Shown piece after piece: positions 1 to 8,172 of a stretch of 64,000 nucleotides of DNA. The DNA comes from Deltaproteobacteria bacterium. Its GTDB lineage: Bacteria > Myxococcota > Kuafuiibacteriia > Kuafuiibacteriales > Kuafuiibacteriaceae. The position numbers were made by a program, and so were the translations under genes. Positions within the stretch are counted from its first letter, which is position 1. Each line of letters begins with the position of its first letter. The stretch lies in contig JAVJQW010000057.1 in NCBI GenBank assembly GCA_040218735.1, positions 224,001 through 288,000 of the forward strand, written 5' to 3'. Under the pieces are notes generated by a model, which saw nothing but the letters and a program-made list of their open reading frames with translations, did not search any database and was not told the origin of the DNA.

Positions 1-1382
1 ACGTGAAGTCGAACGCAGAGGCGGACGTCGGCAAACGCAAGGCCGCGATCGCGGCGCCCGACGAGGCGCGCAAGATGGCGGCGGCGCTCGACGAGGCGCG
101 CGCCGCGGCGGCGGACGACTCCGACGCGAAGGCGCAGAAGAAGGCCGCGAAATCGGTGAAGGCGCTGGAGAAGAAGCTCCGCGCGAAGCTGAACCTCGAC
201 GCGGACGCCCCGCTCGACGACCTGTCCGCGCAGTACGCCGCGCTGGAGGACGCCGCGAAGAAGGCCGAGGCCGAGCTCCCGCAGGTCGAGGCGCTCGACC
301 GCGAGGCGCGTATGTTCCTCAAGGCGATGGAGGACGGTGAAGACGCCGCGCTCGCCGCGTGGCGGGAGTTCCGCGAGACGTCGATCGAGGAGTTCAAGCG
401 CGTCTACGACCGGATGGGTGTGGAGTTCACGTCCATCGAGGGGGAGTCACGCTACGGCGACGCCTTGGAGAGCGCGCTGGAGCGCGTCCGCGAGAAGCCC
501 GGCACCGAGATGAGCGAGGGCGCGGAGATCGTGAAGATGGAGGTCGACAAGGGCGAGCCCCCGGCCATCCTCGTCACGCGCGATGGCACTGCGCTCTACC
601 TCACGCGCGACATCGCGGCGGCGATGGACCGCCACGAGCGCTTCACATTCGAGCGCTCGCTGTACGTCGTCGCGGCGGACCAGAGCCTGCACTTCAAGCT
701 GCTGTTCAAGACCCTCGCCGCGATGGGCTTCGAGTGGGCGGACAAGTGCGAGCACGTCCCGTTCGGGCGGGTGCACGGGATGAGCACGCGCAAGGGGAAC
801 GTGGTGTTCCTCGACGAGGTGCTGCAGCAGGCCGTCGACAAGGCGCGCACCGTCTGTGAGCAGTCCGAGAAGCTCGACGCGGAGCACTTCGACGCCACGG
901 TCGAGGCGATCGGCACCGGCGTGATCATGTTCGGCGACCTGAAGAACCTCCGCACCAGCGACTACGAGTTCTCCTGGGACGAGGTGCTGAGCTTCTCGGG
1001 GCACACCGGCCCGTACGTGCAGTTCTCGCACGCGCGCGCGTGTTCGATCCTGAAGAAGGGCGGCGGCGTCCCCGCGGAGGCGGACGTCAGCAAGCTCGTC
1101 CTCCCCGAGGAGCAGGCGCTGATCGTCGCGCTCGCGAAGTACCCGGCCGCGGTCCTCGCCGCGTGTGACGCCTACGAGCCGTCGTACGTCACGCGCGCGA
1201 TCCTGGAGGTCGCGCAGAAGACCGCGAGTTACCTCACCGCGGGCAACCGCGACCGCTCGATGCGCGTGCTCAACGACGACGACGCGCTCCAGGCGGCGCG
1301 CTTGCACCTGATCGACGGCGTCCGCCACGTGCTCTCGCACGGGCTCGGCCTCCTCGGCGTGCGCGCACCCGACGCGATGTGA
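1..1382 (+). CDS. argS: Arginine--tRNA ligase, 5'-truncated by window edge
   Basis: GESRY, TRDGTALYLTRDIAAA, YVVAADQSLHF, KMSKS-equivalent GMSTRKG, GHTGPYVQFSHAR and DALR anticodon-binding C-terminus (LGLLGVRAPDAM). Confidence 0.97.
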   Translation, partial: VKSNAEADVGKRKAAIAAPDEARKMAAALDEARAAAADDSDAKAQKKAAKSVKALEKKLRAKLNLDADAPLDDLSAQYAALEDAAKKAEAELPQVEALDREARMFLKAMEDGEDAALAAWREFRETSIEEFKRVYDRMGVEFTSIEGESRYGDALESALERVREKPGTEMSEGAEIVKMEVDKGEPPAILVTRDGTALYLTRDIAAAMDRHERFTFERSLYVVAADQSLHFKLLFKTLAAMGFEWADKCEHVPFGRVHGMSTRKGNVVFLDEVLQQAVDKARTVCEQSEKLDAEHFDATVEAIGTGVIMFGDLKNLRTSDYEFSWDEVLSFSGHTGPYVQFSHARACSILKKGGGVPAEADVSKLVLPEEQALIVALAKYPAAVLAACDAYEPSYVTRAILEVAQKTASYLTAGNRDRSMRVLNDDDALQAARLHLIDGVRHVLSHGLGLLGVRAPDAM

Positions 1383-1439
1383 TCCGCGCCAGCCGGCCAC
1401 GGCACAGACCGACGCCTCGCGTTCGGACCACAGCGCATT

Positions 1440-3011
1440 TCAGCCGGTGCGCGAAGCGTACGGATCCGTCGTTTGGATGCGGTCGTCCTCGACGGGGCCG
1501 CCGACCGTGAAGTGGTAGAGCGTCGCCCGCCTCGAGCCGTCGAGGCCGAGGATCTCGTGCGTGAGGTCGTCGAAGAAGCAGCCGATGCCCGTGGCGCGGA
1601 TGCCCGCCGCTTCCGCCTCCAGGTAGAGGACCTGGCCGATCGCGCCCGCCTCCCAGTGTAGCGCTCGGTAGAACCAGGCGCCGTGCTCTTCGAGGGCGTC
1701 TTCGAGCTCCGCGATCATCGCGACGGCAAACGCGCCGTCGGCGGCGATCGCTTGGCCGCAAGAGATCGCCGCCGCGACCTCGCCGGCGTCCCCCACCCGA
1801 AGGCGGAACAGATCGAGCGACGCGGGGCAGCCCTCGGGCTTCGCCCAGTCGAGGTCGGGGTGTTCTTCGCGCCAAGGCTCGATCGCGTCGGGGCGTCGTA
1901 GGAGCAGATAGAGCCCCGGGTCGAGCCCCTGCACCCGGTGCACGAAGAGCGCGAGGTGCACACGCTGCGACCAGGGCAACACGTCGAACGGACGGTGCCC
2001 CTCACCCGCGCAGGTGCGGAGGAGCATCTCGTAGAACGCGTCGCGCGTGATCCCGGTGCGTCCGTCCATCGCGACCGCGCTGCGGCGCGTTCGGATCACC
2101 CGCCGCGCGTCGGGGGCATCGTCGTGTTCCGGGAGCGCGTGCACGACGCGCCCAGAGGATTCGATCGCCGAAGCGTCGAGTCGCTCCGCGGCGGCGGCCA
2201 CGTCGTCGATGACCGGCCACGGGTGATGTTCTCTACTCAGTGTATTCGTTTCGAACCCGTGCGGCGCGCCTGGCGACGGAACCCACACCGGGCCCTCTGC
2301 CGGCACAACCTCGACCGCGAGCAATACGTCCGGGTGCTCGCGCTCCGGCCCCGTCTGCGCGTCGATCCCGAGCAGCGCCGCGAGCGCCGCGTCTTCGATC
2401 GGCACCTGACGCACCCGCCACCCGAGCAGCGCCGCCGCGAGCGACACCGCGGCGATCGCGTGCCCGACGTCGTGCTGACAGTACCGATACGCGCGCTCGC
2501 CGTACTTCCACGCTTCGCGCCAGTGGATCGAAGTAAGGCCCACCCAGAACGTTCCGTCCGCGAACCCATCGACCGCCCCCAAGCGCTCCAGCGCGTGCGC
2601 CCGAGGCGCGTAGTGATGCACGGCGGGCGCCTGAGCGATCCCCTCCACCGCGGGGAGCACGAGGTACCCTTCCGTCGGGTGCAGGTTCCCGCTCGACGGG
2701 TTCACGCGCAGCCACCACCGGTTCGTCCCGGCGGCCTTCTCGGCGGAGAGCGCGAGGCTGTCGAACAGCATCTGCGAGATCGACGCGCGCGACAGCGGCG
2801 CCGGCTCACGCGCGCCGACGAACAGCTCCGGATACTTCGGCGCGCCGTTCGGCGGCACCACGTCGAGCGCGACCGTCGGCGCTCCTACGAATCTTCTGAA
2901 TGGATCCGGCTGCGTGTCCCAGTCGAGGTACCCGAGGCTCCTCGCGTACCGCCCCGGCGCATGTTTCGTGCGCGCGTGGTACGCGCGAACGGCCTCACGG
3001 GAATCGGTCAC
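1440..3011 (-). CDS. SagB/ThcOx-family nitroreductase-fold protein with two tandem FMN-binding domains
   Basis: YHARTKH, LRVNPSSGNLHPTEGY, WREAWKYGERAYRYCQHDVGHA, second domain RTRRSA ... EAGAIGQVLYLEAEAAG..ATGIGCFFDD; GTG start overlaps the upstream TGA (GTGA 3008-3011). Confidence 0.88.
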   Translation of the reverse strand: MTDSREAVRAYHARTKHAPGRYARSLGYLDWDTQPDPFRRFVGAPTVALDVVPPNGAPKYPELFVGAREPAPLSRASISQMLFDSLALSAEKAAGTNRWWLRVNPSSGNLHPTEGYLVLPAVEGIAQAPAVHHYAPRAHALERLGAVDGFADGTFWVGLTSIHWREAWKYGERAYRYCQHDVGHAIAAVSLAAALLGWRVRQVPIEDAALAALLGIDAQTGPEREHPDVLLAVEVVPAEGPVWVPSPGAPHGFETNTLSREHHPWPVIDDVAAAAERLDASAIESSGRVVHALPEHDDAPDARRVIRTRRSAVAMDGRTGITRDAFYEMLLRTCAGEGHRPFDVLPWSQRVHLALFVHRVQGLDPGLYLLLRRPDAIEPWREEHPDLDWAKPEGCPASLDLFRLRVGDAGEVAAAISCGQAIAADGAFAVAMIAELEDALEEHGAWFYRALHWEAGAIGQVLYLEAEAAGIRATGIGCFFDDLTHEILGLDGSRRATLYHFTVGGPVEDDRIQTTDPYASRTG

Positions 3012-3970
3012 GCGAATCGGTCACGGTCGTGGGCACCGCCCAACGCGATGCGCGGCCCCTTCGGCACGATGCCGTGCGGGTTGATGGACTTGTGGCTCCC
3101 GAAGTAGTGCCGCTTGATGTGCTCGAAGTTGCACACGTCGCGCACGCCGGGGATCTGGTAGAGCGCTTTGAGGTAGTTGAAGAGGTTCGGGTACTCGTAG
3201 ACGTGCCGCAGGTTGCACTTGAAGTGCGTGTAGTAGACGAGGTCGAACCGTAGCAGCGTCGTGAACAGGCACCAGTCGGCCTCGGTCAGCACGTCGCCAC
3301 ACAGGTAGCGCTGTTTCCCGAGCACCTCCTCCCAGTGGTCGAGCGCCTCGAACAGCTCGGTCACGGCCTCCAGGTAGGCGTCCTGGCTCCCCGCGAACCC
3401 GCTCCGGTACACGCCGTTGTTGATCGGGTCGTAGATCGCCGTGATGACCTCGTCGATCCGTTCCTCCATTCCGGGCGGGCAGAACGTCACGCTTGGATCG
3501 CCGAGCCCCATCATCGTCGTGTCGAGCATCCGGATGATCTCGCGCGACTCGTTGTTGACGATGGTCTCTTCCTTCTTGTCCCACAGCACCGGGACCGTCA
3601 CGCGCGTCGACACCTTCGGGTCGGCCTTCACGTAGACCTCCCGCAGGAACTTCGCGCCGTTCACGCTGTCGGGGATCGCGCCGGGTTCCTCCGAAAAGTG
3701 CCACCCGTCCTCCGTCATGTGGTGATCCACCACCGACAGTCCGATGTGCTCCTCCAACCCGCGCAGCTGGCGGACGATCAGGACCCGGTGCGCCCACGGG
3801 CACGCCCACGACGCGTACAGATGATAACGACCGGACTCGACGGGGTGCGGCGTCGAGCCGTCCGTCGACAGCTGCCCGCGAAACGTCGTCGGCTTTCGTT
3901 TGAAACGACCGTCGCCCGCGTCATGCCATTGTTTGTCGGTGACCCACTCGCCTTCGACCAATCGACCCAT
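3008..3970 (-). CDS. yqjG: Glutathionyl-hydroquinone reductase (Xi/omega-like glutathione transferase, YqjG/ECM4 family)
   Basis: GRYHLY..ACPWAHR active site, RVTVPVLWDKK, IVNNESREI, INNGVYRSGFA, RFDLVYYTHFKCN, HIKRHYFGSH..INP.GIVP.GP. Confidence 0.93.
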   Translation of the reverse strand: MGRLVEGEWVTDKQWHDAGDGRFKRKPTTFRGQLSTDGSTPHPVESGRYHLYASWACPWAHRVLIVRQLRGLEEHIGLSVVDHHMTEDGWHFSEEPGAIPDSVNGAKFLREVYVKADPKVSTRVTVPVLWDKKEETIVNNESREIIRMLDTTMMGLGDPSVTFCPPGMEERIDEVITAIYDPINNGVYRSGFAGSQDAYLEAVTELFEALDHWEEVLGKQRYLCGDVLTEADWCLFTTLLRFDLVYYTHFKCNLRHVYEYPNLFNYLKALYQIPGVRDVCNFEHIKRHYFGSHKSINPHGIVPKGPRIALGGAHDRDRFA

Positions 3971-4015
3971 GCGATGGCCTTAACACATCGAGGGGTCTTC
4001 GAATGCCCAGCGGCG

Positions 4016-6262
4016 TCAGGCGGCGCGCGCGTCGGGTCCGTCGCCGAACGCAGCGGGGACCGCGTCGACTTCGCCCTCCAGCGTGTCGACGCCGAGGATC
4101 CGCAGATCCGCGCGATCGCCGAGCCCGAACAGCCCCTTGGGCGTCTCGTACGCCGTCGCCTCGTTGACGAGGCCGTACTGGCCGCCTTCGGTCTTCTGCA
4201 TCAGACCGGACGAGACGGAGATCTCGGCGGGGAACGCGTCGAGCTCCACCTTGAACCCACCTGGCGACACATCCACGACCGTGCCGGACATCGCTTCGCC
4301 GACGTGCGGCTCGAGGAGCATCGACCCGAGGATCGACGTGCACTGCGAAGCGATCGTCCCGTGCATCCGCGCCGCGCGTTCGTTGCACCGCGCGATGAAG
4401 TCGAGGTTGTCGTCGTCCTGGTGCGGAATGGGCGTGCCCTCGACGATCGCCGCGAGCACCCGCGCGGCGACGATGTCCGGGTAGCGACGCATCGGCGCGG
4501 TGAAGTGGAGGTAGTGCTTCAGCTTCAACCCGTGGTGCCCCGGCGAGTCGGGCGTGTAACTCGCCCGGACGTTCGTGCGCGTCGCCATGCGACGGATGCA
4601 CGCGGTCTTCGGATCGGTCGAATCCAGCGCCGCGAGGTAGTCCGACATCGCCTGGTCCTTCGGCCACGGGCGACCGAGCACCGCGACGCTCCGACGGAAC
4701 GCAGCGACCTTCTCCGGATCCGGCTCCGGGTGCGCGCGGTGGAGAGCCTTCACGTCCTCGGCCTCGAGCCGCGCCGCGACGGCGTGGTTCGTCATCAGCG
4801 AGATCTGTTCGTTGAAACGCTCGACCATCAGACGCCCGCGTGACTTCAGCTCGAACCCACACGGCGTCGCGTCGCTCGGGACGCCGCGCGACTCGGACGC
4901 CTGGCTGTCGACGACCTTCCGATCCTTGGCGCGATCGATCAGTGTCCCGCCGATCGTCTGGAGCAGCTCGAGCGAACGTGAGTACTCCTGGTTCGCGAGC
5001 GGCCCCGACTTGGTGTCCATGAACTCTTGGACCCCTTCGAAGTCGAGCTTCGCGCGCGCCTTGATCACGCCGCGCTCGAACTTCGAGTCGAGGAGCTTGC
5101 CCTGGTCGTCGAGCTCCATCGTCACGACGAACGCACGGCGCCGCTGGTTCGCGACCAGCGAGCACAGGTCCTCCGACAGCTCACGCGGGAGCATCGGGAT
5201 GGAGCGCCCCGGGAGGTACGCGGAGAGCGAACGTTTCACCGCTTCCTTGTCGAGCGCGCTCCCCTCCTTCACGTAGTACGCAGCGTCGGCGATCGCGTAG
5301 TGCACGACGACGCCCCCGCCCGGCCGCTCCTGCACACACACCGCCTGGTCGAGGTCGACGGTGTCCTTCCCGTCGATCGTCACGAACGGCAGCGCCTCGA
5401 AGCTCTTCCCGGTGATCTCTTCCTGCTGGAACGCCCGCACCTCGGCCATCGCCTCCTCGGGGTGTGTGAGGGACAGGCCATTGTCGGTGGCGACGGAGAG
5501 GAACCGCGCCCGCGCGCCGTCGGACGGTCCCAGCGTTTCGAGCACGTGACCGACGCAGTCCGGCTTACCGCGGTTCTGGACGTGGCAGACGATCGCCTGG
5601 CCCTCCAGCTGGGGTGCGCGCGCCGCCGCCGCATCATCGAGCGGAACGGTCTCGTAGGCACGGTTCGCGCCGATGCCTCGCGCGACCCACCGTCCGTCGA
5701 CCTTCGCGACCTCGCCCACGAACGCACGGCCGAAGTCCTCGCGGTCGGTGAGGATCCGCTGCTTCGTCTCTCCCGACGGCGTGGTCGTCGTCTCGATCTC
5801 GACCTCGGCGCCGTGGCGGAGGCCCCAGGTGTCCTCGAGCTCGAGCGGGAACGGCTGGATCTGTTTGTCGTGCGGACGGAAGAGCACGCGCTGCTTGCCG
5901 CGTTTGACGGAGCGATCGATCCGGCCGGAGATCGGCGGGTCGCCCCTGAGCGACGCCGGCGTCAGCGCGGCGATCGCCGGCATGCGCTGCACGCGCTGCA
6001 GCGCCGCGCGCACCGGGCCTTCGAACTGCGTCATCGCCTGCGCGATGCGGTCCTTGGTCAACAGCGCGCGTGTCGCGGCCGGGAATCGTTTGGTGAGTGG
6101 GGTTCGCTCGGGCGCCGCGTGCTGGCCGGTCCGGGTGAGGCCCTCTAACCCCGAGGTCCCCGACGACTCCGCCTGGCTGCGACGCACGGACTGGATGTCG
6201 ACGGTCGGCGTGGTGTCGATGACCTGCCGCCGGCCGAGCGGTCGACGCGGGATGGAGCTCAC
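4016..6262 (-). CDS. RNB-domain (RNase II/RNase R family) exoribonuclease with long low-complexity N-terminal extension
   Basis: FVTIDGKDTVDLDQA acidic motif, YAIADAAYYV, SAYLPGRSIPMLPRELSEDLCSL, HHGLKLKHYLHFTAPMRRYPD, C-terminal S1-like region; start reassigned to GTG 6262, which overlaps the TGA of the TPR gene. Confidence 0.9.
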   Translation of the reverse strand: MSSIPRRPLGRRQVIDTTPTVDIQSVRRSQAESSGTSGLEGLTRTGQHAAPERTPLTKRFPAATRALLTKDRIAQAMTQFEGPVRAALQRVQRMPAIAALTPASLRGDPPISGRIDRSVKRGKQRVLFRPHDKQIQPFPLELEDTWGLRHGAEVEIETTTTPSGETKQRILTDREDFGRAFVGEVAKVDGRWVARGIGANRAYETVPLDDAAAARAPQLEGQAIVCHVQNRGKPDCVGHVLETLGPSDGARARFLSVATDNGLSLTHPEEAMAEVRAFQQEEITGKSFEALPFVTIDGKDTVDLDQAVCVQERPGGGVVVHYAIADAAYYVKEGSALDKEAVKRSLSAYLPGRSIPMLPRELSEDLCSLVANQRRRAFVVTMELDDQGKLLDSKFERGVIKARAKLDFEGVQEFMDTKSGPLANQEYSRSLELLQTIGGTLIDRAKDRKVVDSQASESRGVPSDATPCGFELKSRGRLMVERFNEQISLMTNHAVAARLEAEDVKALHRAHPEPDPEKVAAFRRSVAVLGRPWPKDQAMSDYLAALDSTDPKTACIRRMATRTNVRASYTPDSPGHHGLKLKHYLHFTAPMRRYPDIVAARVLAAIVEGTPIPHQDDDNLDFIARCNERAARMHGTIASQCTSILGSMLLEPHVGEAMSGTVVDVSPGGFKVELDAFPAEISVSSGLMQKTEGGQYGLVNEATAYETPKGLFGLGDRADLRILGVDTLEGEVDAVPAAFGDGPDARAA

Positions 6263-6696
6263 TTGCGAGCCTCGAGCATCGACAACATGTCGAGAGCGTG
6301 CCGACGCGCGACGGAGGACTCGGTCAGCTCGACGAGCAACCACGACAGCAGCGACCGCGCGCGGTCCTCTTCGCCCGAGTCCATGTACAGACGCGCGAGC
6401 TCCAGGAGTGTGTGCGGGTCCCGTTCCTCCGCGGTGATGGCACGTTCGTACGCGTCACGCGCCTCGAGCGGTCGGTTGAGGCGGTCCAACGTGAGGCCGA
6501 GCATCGCGAGCGCGCGCGGGTGGTCGGACTCGAGCGCCAGCGCGGCCGTGAGCAACGCGTACGCGTCGTTGAAGGCGTGCGCGCGCAGAGAAGCGGAGGC
6601 GCACGCGATCAGGAGCTCCGGATCGAGCATGGGCTGCTCGCCCGTCACCGTGTCGAAGGACGGGCGTGGCGGCGTGGCTCCGGTGGCGAAGGGCAT
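6259..6696 (-). CDS. Small tetratricopeptide-repeat protein (SycD/LcrH-like chaperone size and pattern)
   Basis: About three TPR-like helical pairs (AYALLTAALALESDHPRALAMLG, ARDAYERAITAEERDPHTLLELARLYMDSGEEDRAR); alternative start ATG 6630. Confidence 0.7.
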   Translation of the reverse strand: MPFATGATPPRPSFDTVTGEQPMLDPELLIACASASLRAHAFNDAYALLTAALALESDHPRALAMLGLTLDRLNRPLEARDAYERAITAEERDPHTLLELARLYMDSGEEDRARSLLSWLLVELTESSVARRHALDMLSMLEARK

Positions 6697-6712
6697 GGTG
6701 GACCCGACGTCG

Positions 6713-6739
6713 TTATCGGACGCCGCGTCCGCGGGTTGC
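6713..6739 (-). promoter_or_regulatory. Putative sigma28 (FliA/WhiG-type) promoter
   Basis: Minus strand GCAA-N15-TCCGATAA versus consensus TAAA-N15-GCCGATAA, ending 16 nt before ATG 6696. Confidence 0.45.
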
Positions 6740-6748
6740 GAGATCGGA

Positions 6749-6768
6749 GGTCGGTCAAAAGTCCGACC
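6749..6768 (-). terminator. Short hairpin downstream of cheY
   Basis: GGTCGG-N8-CCGACC inverted repeat 13 nt after the cheY stop; no clear U-tract. Confidence 0.25.
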
Positions 6769-6781
6769 GCCGGGTCACAGA

Positions 6782-7150
6782 CTACAGGCCCAGTACCTTC
6801 GTAATCGCCTTCATCAGCAGGTCGGGGTTGAAGGGCTTCACCATCCACGCGGTCGCGCCGGCGGCCTTGCCCTCTTGGACCTTCGCCTTCGACGACTCGG
6901 TGGTGACCATGAAGATCGGGGTCTTCGCGTGTTTGTCGAGCTGGCGCACCTTCCCGATCATCTCGATGCCGTTCATCACCGGCATGTTCACGTCGACGAG
7001 CATCAGCGCGACGTCCTCGGACTGGGCCTTTTCGTAGCCCTGCTGTCCGTCCTGGGCTTCGACGACCTCGAAGCCCTTGGAGCGCAGGAACATCCCGGCT
7101 TGCTGGCGAATGGTGGCGGAGTCGTCCACGACGAGAATCTTGTGCGTCAT
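6782..7150 (-). CDS. cheY: Single-domain response regulator, CheY-like
   Basis: ILVVDDS, phosphoacceptor in LVDVNMPVMNG, MVTTE, WMVKPF; 122 aa; SD-like AGGA upstream. Confidence 0.9.
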   Translation of the reverse strand: MTHKILVVDDSATIRQQAGMFLRSKGFEVVEAQDGQQGYEKAQSEDVALMLVDVNMPVMNGIEMIGKVRQLDKHAKTPIFMVTTESSKAKVQEGKAAGATAWMVKPFNPDLLMKAITKVLGL

Positions 7151-7170
7151 CGTTGTTCCTTCTTGTTCCT

Positions 7171-8172
7171 CTACAGAAACATCATGTCGCCCACGGCGAC
7201 TTCGTCGTCGCCGTGTGCTTCAGGCTGATCGAGGGCCGGCTCACACCGGTCCTCGACGTAGGTTTGATCGAGCTTCGAAATCGCCTCGACGATGGCGGCC
7301 TTGAGCGGCCCATCTTCCGCGCCCTCGACCGCGCGGAGGACATCATCGACGAAGGCGGACACCTGCGTGACGTGCTCACCCGCGAGCTGCAGCGTCTGCT
7401 CTACGCGATCTTGGAACTGCAGCCGCTTCAGGACGTCGTAGCAGTGTCCCTGCACGCGGTCCGTTCGCGTCTGTGCGGAACCGACCGCCGAGGTGATCGC
7501 GCCGCTGGCACGGGTGTAGGAGCGCTCGAGGTCCGAGTTGCCATCGCGCAGCTGTCGCTGGCTCTGGCTGCAGGACTTCGTGACGACGCGGACCGACTTC
7601 ACCATCTCGGGGAGCCGCTCACACAGCGTTGCGACGAGGTTGTCCATCACGGCGGCCGACTCGGTCGAGCGCGCGGCGAGGGCCTTCATCTCCTCGGCCA
7701 ATGCGACGAGCGTCTCGCCGTCGGCGCGGTCGCGCGCCGACTCGACGCGAGCGTTGAACGAAAGGAGCCGCGCGCGCTTGCTCACGTCGCGCATCGTCGC
7801 CGCGAGCGGCGCGAGCTCCTGCGCACGGACGTCGATCTCGTCCGATTGATCGCGAATGTGAACCGACGAAGACGTGATGTCGCCGACGAGCGTCGTGACG
7901 TCTTCGAGCGCGCCACGGAGCGCCGCTACGACATCGCCGAAGCGCTCCTCACCCGCGGGCGCCGAGCCGGTGGTGGTCTCGAACTGTTCCGCGAGTCGCG
8001 CGAGCTCCGCGACCTGTCGCTCACCCTCCTCGAGGATCACGGCGAGGTGCTCCCCCGCCGCGAGGACCTCGCCCCGCGTGAGCTCGACGCAGCTCTCGAG
8101 CATCCCCGACAGCTCCGCGTTCTTCGCGGCCGCGTTGGTGCGGGCGCTGCGTACGCTGGCTCCGCTGTTCAT
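7171..8172 (-). CDS. Cytoplasmic methyl-accepting chemotaxis-like protein with degenerate signalling hairpin and CheZ-like QFQDxxxQ motif
   Basis: LLSFNARVESAR...ALAEEMKALAARS resembles the MCP tip; LQFQDRVEQ; no TM segments; ATGA overlap with the kinase gene. Confidence 0.7.
   Translation of the reverse strand: MNSGASVRSARTNAAAKNAELSGMLESCVELTRGEVLAAGEHLAVILEEGERQVAELARLAEQFETTTGSAPAGEERFGDVVAALRGALEDVTTLVGDITSSSVHIRDQSDEIDVRAQELAPLAATMRDVSKRARLLSFNARVESARDRADGETLVALAEEMKALAARSTESAAVMDNLVATLCERLPEMVKSVRVVTKSCSQSQRQLRDGNSDLERSYTRASGAITSAVGSAQTRTDRVQGHCYDVLKRLQFQDRVEQTLQLAGEHVTQVSAFVDDVLRAVEGAEDGPLKAAIVEAISKLDQTYVEDRCEPALDQPEAHGDDEVAVGDMMFL

Noticed and set aside
1440-3011. Thiazole/oxazole RiPP cluster suggested by the SagB domain
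   Set aside because: No YcaO, E1-like protein, precursor peptide or exporter nearby
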